Assembly (NCBI GenBank): GCA_002239105.1
Contig: MPNQ01000005.1
Span: forward strand, 4,595 to 68,594
Source of the DNA: a marine group bacterium Sva0996 bin134
GTDB taxonomy: Bacteria; Actinomycetota; Acidimicrobiia; Acidimicrobiales; Bin134
DNA: 64,000 nt
Direction of reading: 5' to 3'
Shown here: piece by piece, positions 55,859-64,000 of the stretch
Numbering within the stretch: position 1 is the stretch's first letter
Layout of the letters: every line of letters begins with the position of its first letter
Translations under genes and position numbers: made by a program
The notes under the pieces: generated by a model
Database searches by the model: none
What the model was told of the DNA's origin: nothing
The model's input: only the letters and a program-made list of their open reading frames with translations

Positions 55859-58609
55859 TCAGACTCGGGCGACTTCTCGCTCCTCGAAAGTCTCGATGAT
55901 GTCTCCCTGCTTGAGGTCTTGGAAGTCGGACAACCCGATACCGCACTCGAAACCAGACTGCACGTCGCGCACATCTTCTTTGAAGCGCTTGAGAGACGAG
56001 ACCGTGCCCCGCCATATGACGGCACCCTCCCGCAAGAACCGGACTTTGGAGCCTCGGGTGATCGCCCCGTTGAGCACATAGCAGCCGGCCACGGCACCCA
56101 CCCGGGGAACTCGGAATATCTCCCGCACCTCGGCGTCTCCGGTGACGACCTCCTCGAACTCGGGAGCAAGCATCCCGACCATGGCGTTCTCCACATCCTC
56201 GATCAGGTTGTAGATGATCTCGTAGGTCCGGATTTCCACCTTCTCGAGCTCGGCGAGTTCTCTGGCCTTGCGATCAGGCCTGACGTTGAAACCGATGATG
56301 GTGGCGTTGGATGCGGCGGCCAGTTGGATGTCGTTGGCAGTCACACCGCCCACGCCCCTATGGACAAAGGCCAGCTTGACCTCTTCGCGTCCTAGGCGCT
56401 GAAGGCTGTCTACCACCGCTTCCAGCGACCCGTTCACATCAGCTTTGACGATGAGGTTCAGCGTCGCGGTCTCACCGGCTTGGATTTGGGTGAATATGTC
56501 CTCCAGACGCGCGCCGCCTGCGGTGGCTGCGGCGTCTCGACCAAGGCTGGCGATCCGCTGCGAGTGCTCGCGTGTCTGTGCAACCTTGGCCGCCACCTTC
56601 TCGTTGGGGGCGACCACGAAGGCGTCACCAGCGTTGGCTACATCTGAGAGACCGAGCACTTGCACCGGCTTAGAGGGCGGGGCCTCAAGAATCTGGTTGC
56701 CCCGGTCGTCGAGCAGGGCCCTGACCCGGCCCCAAGAAGCCCCGGCAACCACCGGATCCCCTCGCCGCAGGGTTCCATGCTGCACCAACAGGGTGGCCAC
56801 CGGACCCCGCCCGATGTCCAGGTTGGACTCCAGCACCACTCCTTGGGCCCGGCCCTCCACGTTGGCCCGAAGATCTTCCACCTCAGCCACCACGGCCAGC
56901 TGTTCGAGCAAGTCGTCTATTCCCAGGTTCTGAAGAGCGGATATCTCCACCATGATGGTTTCACCGCCCCACTGCTCGGGTACCAGTTCGTGCTCGGAGA
57001 GCTGTTGCATGGTCCGAGTGGGGTCGGCGTTGTTGCGGTCGATCTTGTTGACGGCTACCACAATGGGCACATCGGCGGCCCGAGCGTGGTTGATGGCTTC
57101 CAGAGTCTGGGGCATCACTCCGTCGTCGGCCGCCACCACCAACACCACGATGTCGGTGGCATCGGCACCCCGGGCCCGCATAGCCGTGAACGCCGCGTGA
57201 CCAGGGGTATCGATGAAGGTCAGCGTCCGCCCATCTTTCTCCACCTGATAGGCGCCGATGTGCTGGGTAATACCACCGGCTTCGCCCTCAGCCACATTGG
57301 CATTGCGAATCTGGTCGAGCAGCTTGGTCTTGCCATGGTCAACATGGCCCATGACCGTGATAACCGGGGAGCGAACAGGTTGGGCCTCTTCGAGCTCATC
57401 ATCTGTGAATTCGGCTTCGAGCAGTTTGAGCAGTTCATTCTCCTGCTCTTCACCTGGGTCTACCAGGCGGACCTCGGCTCCGACTTCCGCAGCAAAGAGC
57501 TCGATCATGTCGTCGGTCAGCGATTGGGTGGCGGTGACCATCTCACCCTGCTGCATGAGGAAGCGGACCACGTCGGCAGCCGTCTGGTTCAGCTTCGGAC
57601 CCACCTCAAGGGGGGTTGAGGCTCGCTCGACCACCACCTCACCAGTGGGCGCGGCCGCGTCCGTCGGGGTGTAGTCCGGGATGTTCATGGGCTGGAGGTC
57701 TTCGGCCACCCGCCTACGCCGCCGGCTCTTGCGCCGCCTCTGCTGAGGACGTTGGGGACCGCCTCGACCTCGACCACCGGGGCCAGCAGGGCCGCTCGGA
57801 GGCCCGCTGAGGGCACCGGCGGGGCCGCGTGCCGCTAACGGCGCGGGAGATCGTCCCGGCGATCCGGTGCCCGGTCCATGGGTACCGCCAGCTGGTCGGG
57901 CTGGACCGCGAGGGCCCCTCCGGGGACTCGGCGCCGGACCCCGTCCTCCTCGGCCGGGGGGCGGCGGAATCGGCTTGCCCGAAGAGGACGTTGGAGGACT
58001 GCCGGGGGGCGGCGGAATCGGCTTGCCCGACCGTGACATCGGCGGGCTGGGTCGAGCAGAAGCGGCTGGCTGCGCAGCCGGAGGCTCAGCCGCGGGCCTT
58101 GGCGCGGGTCGAGACGGCGCTGGGGGCGCGCTCGCTGGAGGCGATTCAACCGGCGGTGCTACCGGACGGAGCCGTGGCGGCATTCCCCCGCTGGAGGTAA
58201 CCACCCGCGTGGGGCTTGGCGGGGACTCAGGAGGCTCTGGTTCGGGCTCAGGCTCAGCGGCAACTGGTACGGGCTCTGGTTCGGGCTCAGGCTCGGGCTC
58301 AGCCGCAACCGGCGCCGGTTCGGGCTTGGGTTCGGGCACAGGCTCGGCCGCAACCGGCTCGGGCTCTGGTTCGGGCTCAGGCTCGGGCTCAGCCATAACC
58401 GGCTCGGGCTCTGGTTCCGGCTCAGGCTCGGGTGGCCGAACAAGGCCATCACGATGAGCTCGGCGGCGGACGCGGTCTGCTTGAGCATCCACGATGCTCG
58501 ATGAATGGCTGTTGACGCCGATCCCCAAATTCACGCAGAGATCAAGCGTTTCCTTGTTCGTGAGGCCGAGCTCGCGGGCAAGCTCGTAAACCCGAATCTT
58601 TGCTGGCAA
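55859..58609 (-). CDS. infB: Translation initiation factor IF-2
   Basis: [12 protein letters not shown]-terminus (TTG start), [26 protein letters not shown]. Confidence 0.98.
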   Translation of the reverse strand: MPAKIRVYELARELGLTNKETLDLCVNLGIGVNSHSSSIVDAQADRVRRRAHRDGLVRPPEPEPEPEPEPVMAEPEPEPEPEPEPVAAEPVPEPKPEPAPVAAEPEPEPEPEPVPVAAEPEPEPEPPESPPSPTRVVTSSGGMPPRLRPVAPPVESPPASAPPAPSRPAPRPAAEPPAAQPAASARPSPPMSRSGKPIPPPPGSPPTSSSGKPIPPPPGRGGRGPAPSPRRGPRGPARPAGGTHGPGTGSPGRSPAPLAARGPAGALSGPPSGPAGPGGRGRGGPQRPQQRRRKSRRRRRVAEDLQPMNIPDYTPTDAAAPTGEVVVERASTPLEVGPKLNQTAADVVRFLMQQGEMVTATQSLTDDMIELFAAEVGAEVRLVDPGEEQENELLKLLEAEFTDDELEEAQPVRSPVITVMGHVDHGKTKLLDQIRNANVAEGEAGGITQHIGAYQVEKDGRTLTFIDTPGHAAFTAMRARGADATDIVVLVVAADDGVMPQTLEAINHARAADVPIVVAVNKIDRNNADPTRTMQQLSEHELVPEQWGGETIMVEISALQNLGIDDLLEQLAVVAEVEDLRANVEGRAQGVVLESNLDIGRGPVATLLVQHGTLRRGDPVVAGASWGRVRALLDDRGNQILEAPPSKPVQVLGLSDVANAGDAFVVAPNEKVAAKVAQTREHSQRIASLGRDAAATAGGARLEDIFTQIQAGETATLNLIVKADVNGSLEAVVDSLQRLGREEVKLAFVHRGVGGVTANDIQLAAASNATIIGFNVRPDRKARELAELEKVEIRTYEIIYNLIEDVENAMVGMLAPEFEEVVTGDAEVREIFRVPRVGAVAGCYVLNGAITRGSKVRFLREGAVIWRGTVSSLKRFKEDVRDVQSGFECGIGLSDFQDLKQGDIIETFEEREVARV
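58233..58432 (-). repeat. Low-complexity (EP)n / VAAEPEPEP repeats in the IF-2 N-terminal linker
   Basis: Repeated GGCTCAGGCTCG / GGTTCGGGCTC units. Confidence 0.85.
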
Positions 58610-58718
58610 AAAGCTCTTTCTTGGTCTATCCGCAGTGCGCGGCCGACCCATGTGGGTCGGATTTTTATTGTCTCACGCCCAGCCGTCAGATTTCGAAGTC
58701 AATCTGAGGCGCAGGCCG

Positions 58719-59882
58719 TTACCCCGGCGGAGGGCCGCCTTCCGAAGCCTCCCCTACCTCCTCAACAGGGGCGTCTTCGCTGCCTTCAGCAGCCCAATCC
58801 TCGGCCGACAGGGCCGGTCCTCCCTCGGCTGGCCGCCATACCTGCTCGCCAGTCGTTTCGTCCACCACCCATTCACCCTCGGCCCAATCCGTTTCTGCAT
58901 ATGCCGCTTCTTGGGCCAACTGGGTCTCGCTCTTGATGTCGATTCGCCAACCCGTCAGGCGAGCGGACAGCCTGGCATTTTGGCCTTCTTTGCCGATGGC
59001 CAGGGAGAGCTGATAGTCGGGCACAATCACCTCGGCGACACCGGACTCCTCATCGATGCTGACCTCTTTGATCTTGGCCGGTGACAGCGCCTTGGCCACG
59101 AAGTCGGCCGGATCGTCGGCAAAGGGAACGATGTCGATCTTCTCCCCCCGCAACTCGTTTACCACCATGCGCACTCGGGCACCCCGGGCGCCGACACATG
59201 CCCCAACCGGATCCACGTTGGTGTCGTTGGAGGCCACCGCGATCTTGGTGCGATGACCTGGTTCGCGGGCACACGCCCTGATCTCCACCACCCCATCGGC
59301 TATCTCGGGCACTTCCAACTCGAATAGCCGTTTGATCAGCCCGGGGTGGGTGCGGCTGACCACGATTTGGGGACCCTTGGCCGTCTTGCGAACCTCCACG
59401 ATGTAGGCCTTGAGGCGGCTGTTGGCGTCGGGGCGCTCAAAGGGCACCTGCTCGGCCTGGGGCAACAGTGCCTCCACCCGGCCCAAGTCCAAAAGGGTGT
59501 AGCGGGCATCGTTCTGCTGGATGATCCCGGTGACGATGTCACCCTCGCGACCGGCGTATTCCTCGTACTTCAGCTCTCGCTCCACCTCGCGAATCCGCTG
59601 CATCATCACCTGCTTGGCCGTCTGGGCAGCGATGCGGCCGAAACCGTCGGGGGTCACGTCAAAGGGCTCGCCTACTGGCTCACCGTCGTCATCCAGCTTT
59701 TGGGCGAACACCTGGATGTCGGCCGTCTCGGGATTGATGGTGACCCAGGCGTACTCTTCGCTGTTGGGCATGCGCTTATAGGCCGATTCAAGGGCGTCGG
59801 CCAAAGCAGCCAACAGTGCGTCAACCGAGATTCCCTTGTCTGCGGCCAATGCTTGGAGGGCTTCCAACATGTCGGGGTTCAT
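58719..59882 (-). CDS. nusA: Transcription termination/antitermination factor NusA
   Basis: FGRIAAQTAKQV, LFELEVPEI, GACVGARGARV, LSLAIGKEGQNARL. Confidence 0.98.
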   Translation of the reverse strand: MNPDMLEALQALAADKGISVDALLAALADALESAYKRMPNSEEYAWVTINPETADIQVFAQKLDDDGEPVGEPFDVTPDGFGRIAAQTAKQVMMQRIREVERELKYEEYAGREGDIVTGIIQQNDARYTLLDLGRVEALLPQAEQVPFERPDANSRLKAYIVEVRKTAKGPQIVVSRTHPGLIKRLFELEVPEIADGVVEIRACAREPGHRTKIAVASNDTNVDPVGACVGARGARVRMVVNELRGEKIDIVPFADDPADFVAKALSPAKIKEVSIDEESGVAEVIVPDYQLSLAIGKEGQNARLSARLTGWRIDIKSETQLAQEAAYAETDWAEGEWVVDETTGEQVWRPAEGGPALSAEDWAAEGSEDAPVEEVGEASEGGPPPG

Positions 59883-60361
59883 TGGCTGCTCTTCTCTTTG
59901 ATCTTCTTCTTAGGCAGAGGACCCCATTCAAAGACGGTCCTGGCTTTGGTGATGTCGTTGAAGGCCACTTGAAGGGGAACTCCGTCTACTTCGATGGTAA
60001 TCCCGTCATCGTCGTATTCCATCAGCACACCTTGAAGCCGGCGCTCTCCTTCAACCTGGGGACCGAGCTTGACGCTTATGGCCTCACCCACCGCGCGGGC
60101 ATAGTGCTCAGGCCGGCGCAGCGGTCGCTCCAGGCCCGGGCTGGTGATCTCCAAGGTGTACCGGCCGGGAATGAGTTCGCTGTCGTCCAGCAATCGGGAG
60201 GCCACTTTGGAAGCGCTAGCCACTTCGTCCAGGCTGATGCCGCCGGGTTTGTCCAGGATGATGCGAAGAATCCCGCCTCCGTAGGTGAGGTCATAGACCT
60301 CTAAGCCTCTCCCTCGAAAAAGGGGTTCGAGCAGGTCGTGCACGTTGTCTGCTACTGACAT
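59879..60361 (-). CDS. rimP: Ribosome maturation factor RimP
   Basis: YTLEITSPGLERPL; directly upstream of nusA. Confidence 0.95.
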   Translation of the reverse strand: MSVADNVHDLLEPLFRGRGLEVYDLTYGGGILRIILDKPGGISLDEVASASKVASRLLDDSELIPGRYTLEITSPGLERPLRRPEHYARAVGEAISVKLGPQVEGERRLQGVLMEYDDDGITIEVDGVPLQVAFNDITKARTVFEWGPLPKKKIKEKSSQ

Positions 60362-60409
60362 CTCGCCCCTTTCTCGGTTGGACAATGATCGCTTTACCCG
60401 TCTCTCCCC

Positions 60410-60442
60410 AAAGTCAGAAGGCGTGGGCCGAAGCCCACGCCT
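60410..60442 (-). terminator. GC hairpin with UUCG loop in the rimP leader (rimP-leader/attenuator or proS terminator)
   Basis: AGGCGTGGGC-TTCG-GCCCACGCCT followed by TCTGACTTT. Confidence 0.7.
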
Positions 60443-60524
60443 CACCCGAATAAAGAGATCGACGATTCGTCGGCAATCTTACCCGGTGGAATCGGCTATG
60501 TCGTTACACAGACAGAGCCATCTT

Positions 60525-61937
60525 CTAGTAGCTGCGGCCGCAGACGGCCACCAGATCGGGCTCTTCGCCGCTCTGGGGCAGTGACCCGTCGGGGCGCTGC
60601 AAACAGCGCACGGTGACCGCTTCTTCGGCCAAGACTGCCTCCCCCTCAGGGCCAAGGTCGGCCCAGGGAATGCGGGCAAAACCGGTGGCTGCCGCCTCGC
60701 GCACCTCCGCGATGGTGGACGCATCGGCGATCTGAGAGTCGCGCCATGAGACGGCGCCTTCGAATATGTCCGTCTGGATGTCATCCAGCAGTGCTTCGAC
60801 CCGCTTCGGCACCTCAGCAAGAACGACCGTCTGCTTCTCGCTTCCCGTCCGGGAAACCAGGGTGGCCTGACCCTGCTCTAGGTCTCGAGGTCCGATCTCC
60901 ACTCGGACGGGCACACCTTTCAACTCCCAATCGGTTGCCCGGCGGCCGAACCCGGTCCCCGTCCGGTCGTCCACCTTGGCCCGAATCCCGGCATCGGTGA
61001 GTGCCGCGCCCAAGCCGTGGCAGGCGTCGACCACGCCGTCGGCATCGCGCACCGCAATCACCAAGGCCTGAATGGGCGCCAGCCGGGGCGGGACAACCAG
61101 CCCCTGGTCATCGCCGTGGGCCATAATCAACCCGCCGACCATGCGGGACGACACCCCCCAAGAGGTCTGCCACACAAAGCCCTGGTTGCCTTCGGCATCC
61201 AGAAAAGTGATGTCGAACATGGTGGCGAAGCTCTGGCCCAGCTCATGGGATGTCCCCATCTGGAGGGCCTTGCCGTCGCGCATCATCGCTTCAAGGCACA
61301 TGGAGTTGATGGCGCCAGGGAACCGCTCCGCCTCAGTCTTGTACCCGATGAGCACCGGAATGGCCAGTACCGACTCCATGAAATCCCGGTAGACCTCGTG
61401 GAGGATCTTGGCGGCGTAGACACGGGCCTCTTCGCGGGAGGCGTGTGCGGTGTGGCCTTCCTGCCACAAGAACTCCGTGGTCCGCAGGAATATCCGTGGG
61501 CGCATTTCCCAGCGGACCACGTTGGCCCATTGGTTGATCAAGAGCGGCAGATCGCGATGGCTTTGCACCCATTTGGAAAAGTAGGCGTTGATGATGGTCT
61601 CGCTGGTGGGGCGGACCACCACCGGCTCGGCCAACTCTCGACCCCCGCCCTGGGTGACTACCGCCAATTCGGGACTGAAGCCCTCCACATGGTCGGACTC
61701 CCGGTTCAGGTAGCTCTCAGGAATGAACAGCGGGAAATAGGCGTTGTCGGCCCCGGCAGCCTTGATGCGCTGATCCACTTCGGCCTGCATCCGCTCCCAA
61801 AGGGCATAGCCGTAGGGACGGATCACCATGGTGCCCCGAACCGGCCCGTTGTCGGCCAGCTCGGCTTTGTTGAGGATGTCCTGGTACCAGCGGGGGAAGT
61901 CCTCGTGCTGCGGGGTGAGCACCCCTTTCTTGGCCAT
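60525..61937 (-). CDS. proS: Proline--tRNA ligase, archaeal/eukaryote type (no editing insertion)
   Basis: RPTSET, QWANVVRWE, EFLWQEGHT, QTSWGVSSR; 470 aa. Confidence 0.96.
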   Translation of the reverse strand: MAKKGVLTPQHEDFPRWYQDILNKAELADNGPVRGTMVIRPYGYALWERMQAEVDQRIKAAGADNAYFPLFIPESYLNRESDHVEGFSPELAVVTQGGGRELAEPVVVRPTSETIINAYFSKWVQSHRDLPLLINQWANVVRWEMRPRIFLRTTEFLWQEGHTAHASREEARVYAAKILHEVYRDFMESVLAIPVLIGYKTEAERFPGAINSMCLEAMMRDGKALQMGTSHELGQSFATMFDITFLDAEGNQGFVWQTSWGVSSRMVGGLIMAHGDDQGLVVPPRLAPIQALVIAVRDADGVVDACHGLGAALTDAGIRAKVDDRTGTGFGRRATDWELKGVPVRVEIGPRDLEQGQATLVSRTGSEKQTVVLAEVPKRVEALLDDIQTDIFEGAVSWRDSQIADASTIAEVREAAATGFARIPWADLGPEGEAVLAEEAVTVRCLQRPDGSLPQSGEEPDLVAVCGRSY

Positions 61938-61939
61938 TG

Positions 61940-63163
61940 TCAGCTTCTCCTGCGAATCAATTCGATCTTCTCACTGGCCTTGTTGGCATCTTCGCCCTGC
62001 TCGGCTAGCAGGCGGCTCCGGTCCCGTTCAGCCTCCCGGGCGGCGGCCACTGTATCGGCTTTGGCCAACGCCGCCTCGGCACCATGCTCGTGGATCAACT
62101 CGGCCCACTCCACCAGTGAGGTCACCATGTTCTCCTCGGCCACCACGGCCACGTTGCGGCCCTTCACGAACAGGTGGCCCCGCTTGTTGCCCGCGGCGAT
62201 GCCGATATCGGCATCGCGGGCCTCGCCGGGCCCATTCACCACGCAGCCCATTACCGCCACCTGAAGGGGAATCTCCCGGTCGCCGAACGCCTCCATGGCC
62301 TGCTCAGCCACGGCGTACACGTCGATCTCCGCCCGCCCGCAGCTAGGACAGGCGATGAGGTCGACGTTCTTGCGCTCCCGCAAGCCCAGCGATTCCAGAA
62401 GCTGGCGTCCAGCTTTGGCCTCTTGCACCGGGTCGGCGGTGAGGCTGTAGCGGATGGTGTCGCCGATGCCCTCGGCCAACAGCGTGCCGATGCCCGCGGT
62501 GGACTTGATCAACCCAACCGGGGGCGGCCCCGCTTCGGTAACCCCCAGATGCAGGGGATGATCGGTGACGTCGGCCAGCTGTCGGTAAGCCTCGATCATG
62601 AGGGGCACACTGGATGCCTTGACCGAGATCTTCACGTCATGGAAGTCCACTTCTTTGAAGTAGTCGAGCTCCATCTGGGCCGACTCCACCATGGCCTCGG
62701 GCGTGACCCGGTCGCCGTACTTGCGATAGAGGTCGGGGTGCAGCGACCCCCCGTTCACTCCGATGCGGATGGGGACCTCTCGGTCTCGGCACTCCGAGGC
62801 CACTGCCTGGATGTGCTCGGGCTTGCGGATGTTGCCGGGGTTCAACCTCAGGCACTGGACGCCGGCATCTAACGCGGCCAGCGCCATGCGGTACTGGTGA
62901 TGGATGTCGGCCACGATGGGCACCGGAGAACGGGGCACAATCTGGGCCAGCCCCTCGGCGGCCTCGATCTCGTTGCAAGTGCAGCGCACGATGTCGGCAC
63001 CCGCCGCGGCCAAGGCGTAGATCTGCTGAAGGGTGCCCTCCACATCGGCAGTGCGGGTGGTGGTCATCGACTGGACAGTGATCGGCGCGCCGCCGCCGAC
63101 GGGTACATCCCCTACCTGGATCTGGCGCGTTGGACGACGCTCGAAGGCTGCCTGGACTTCCAC
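61940..63163 (-). CDS. ispG: (E)-4-hydroxy-3-methylbut-2-enyl-diphosphate synthase
   Basis: VQSMTTT, RLNPGNI, HLGVTEAG, CPSCGR, VMGCVVNGPGE. Confidence 0.97.
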   Translation of the reverse strand: MEVQAAFERRPTRQIQVGDVPVGGGAPITVQSMTTTRTADVEGTLQQIYALAAAGADIVRCTCNEIEAAEGLAQIVPRSPVPIVADIHHQYRMALAALDAGVQCLRLNPGNIRKPEHIQAVASECRDREVPIRIGVNGGSLHPDLYRKYGDRVTPEAMVESAQMELDYFKEVDFHDVKISVKASSVPLMIEAYRQLADVTDHPLHLGVTEAGPPPVGLIKSTAGIGTLLAEGIGDTIRYSLTADPVQEAKAGRQLLESLGLRERKNVDLIACPSCGRAEIDVYAVAEQAMEAFGDREIPLQVAVMGCVVNGPGEARDADIGIAAGNKRGHLFVKGRNVAVVAEENMVTSLVEWAELIHEHGAEAALAKADTVAAAREAERDRSRLLAEQGEDANKASEKIELIRRRS

Positions 63164-63223
63164 GGTCTTAGCTTGTCATGCCCGGCCAGCGGGATTCGCA
63201 ATTGCCCATGACCATCACAAATC

Positions 63224-64000
63224 TCAACCGGGGAGCTCTACCGGGTCGGTGAAGTCCAGATATACGGACCCGATGAAGACAAAAACCAGGATCAAGATCA
63301 CGGCGTAGGCCACGGGCACCATCTTGGCAACATCGGCGGTGTATCGGCGGCCTCGCCAAGATCGCAGACGCTCGTAGGTGGCAATCACCACATGGCCACC
63401 GTCCAAGGGCAGAAACGGAATCATGTTGAATACGCCGATGAACACATTCAGCAGCGCCAAGAACAGCAGCAGATTCCCATAGCCGTTCTCGGTCAGATCG
63501 GCACCTATTCGAAGTGCACCAAAGATCGAGATCACGCGGTCCTGATTTTCGGCGGGAACGGCGGTCGTGAGGCCGCCCTCGGCCGGTGCAATTACTTCTT
63601 GGGCAGGTTGGTCGGCCACATTGCGGAAAAAGCTGCTGAGCCCGCTGGGAGAGAAGAATCTGCCAATGCTCAGGACCGACTCTTTGACCAGAAACCCAAA
63701 CTCATCCAGCGTCTCGGGAACGGCCTCGAGGTAGCCGACTTCCACCGACTGGCGCAACCATGCCGACTGAGAGGAGATACCCAAATACCCCCGGCTGGCA
63801 TCCTCAGGATGGGAGCCGAGCGTCAGGGAGCGGGCCAATAAGTCGCCATCCCGCTGGACTCCCAAGCTCACCGCAGTCCCTGGTTCGGGCAGAACCGCCA
63901 CCATGTCTTCCATGGTGGCCACCGGGCTGTCATTGACCGACACAATGCGATCGCCCGGCAGCAAGCCAGCCCTCTGGGCGGCCGAGCCGGGAACCACCAG
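63224..64000 (-). CDS. rseP: RIP metalloprotease RseP (M50 with PDZ domain), 5' end outside the window
   Basis: PDZ segment GSAAQRAGLLPGDRIVSVN and FNMIPFLPLDGGH; upstream of ispG. Confidence 0.9.
   Translation of the reverse strand: MVVPGSAAQRAGLLPGDRIVSVNDSPVATMEDMVAVLPEPGTAVSLGVQRDGDLLARSLTLGSHPEDASRGYLGISSQSAWLRQSVEVGYLEAVPETLDEFGFLVKESVLSIGRFFSPSGLSSFFRNVADQPAQEVIAPAEGGLTTAVPAENQDRVISIFGALRIGADLTENGYGNLLLFLALLNVFIGVFNMIPFLPLDGGHVVIATYERLRSWRGRRYTADVAKMVPVAYAVILILVFVFIGSVYLDFTDPVELPG

Overview
GC-rich bacterial chromosome segment. Gene content and order point to an actinobacterium, most likely class Acidimicrobiia (inference, not searched). About 80% is core genome on the minus strand: rseP(partial)-ispG-proS-rimP-nusA-infB-ylxP-rbfA-truB-ribF, rpsO-pnp, dapB/dapA-rnj-ftsK-rimO-pgsA-cinA, recA-miaB-miaA-dapF-hflX-dapC-dapD-dapE, class II nrdJ, lgt, a DEAD-box helicase, a SAM-riboswitch-led metX/trans-sulfuration operon and an Fpg/Nei glycosylase. 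Accessory material: (i) a stretch beyond the tRNA-Cys 3' end (1-4860) with a divergent NERD/zinc-ribbon nuclease plus PD-(D/E)XK nuclease pair and small membrane ORFs; (ii) a four-gene catabolic cassette between tRNA-Gly and tRNA-Cys; (iii) an islet at about 35.1-36.5 kb with a secreted protein made of a duplicated Cys-containing module and an AT-rich C-terminus, next to a DUF1640-like coiled-coil gene. Main observations: recA has a PafBC/RecA-NDp-type promoter and no LexA box, and shares a GACA-N3-TGTC palindrome with a truncated ChiZ/LysM-like gene where lexA and nrdR are missing; the Fpg gene appears to need a CTG start; many genes look leaderless; PNPase carries a long Arg/Asp tandem-repeat tail. 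No CRISPR array, integrase or transposase was recognised.
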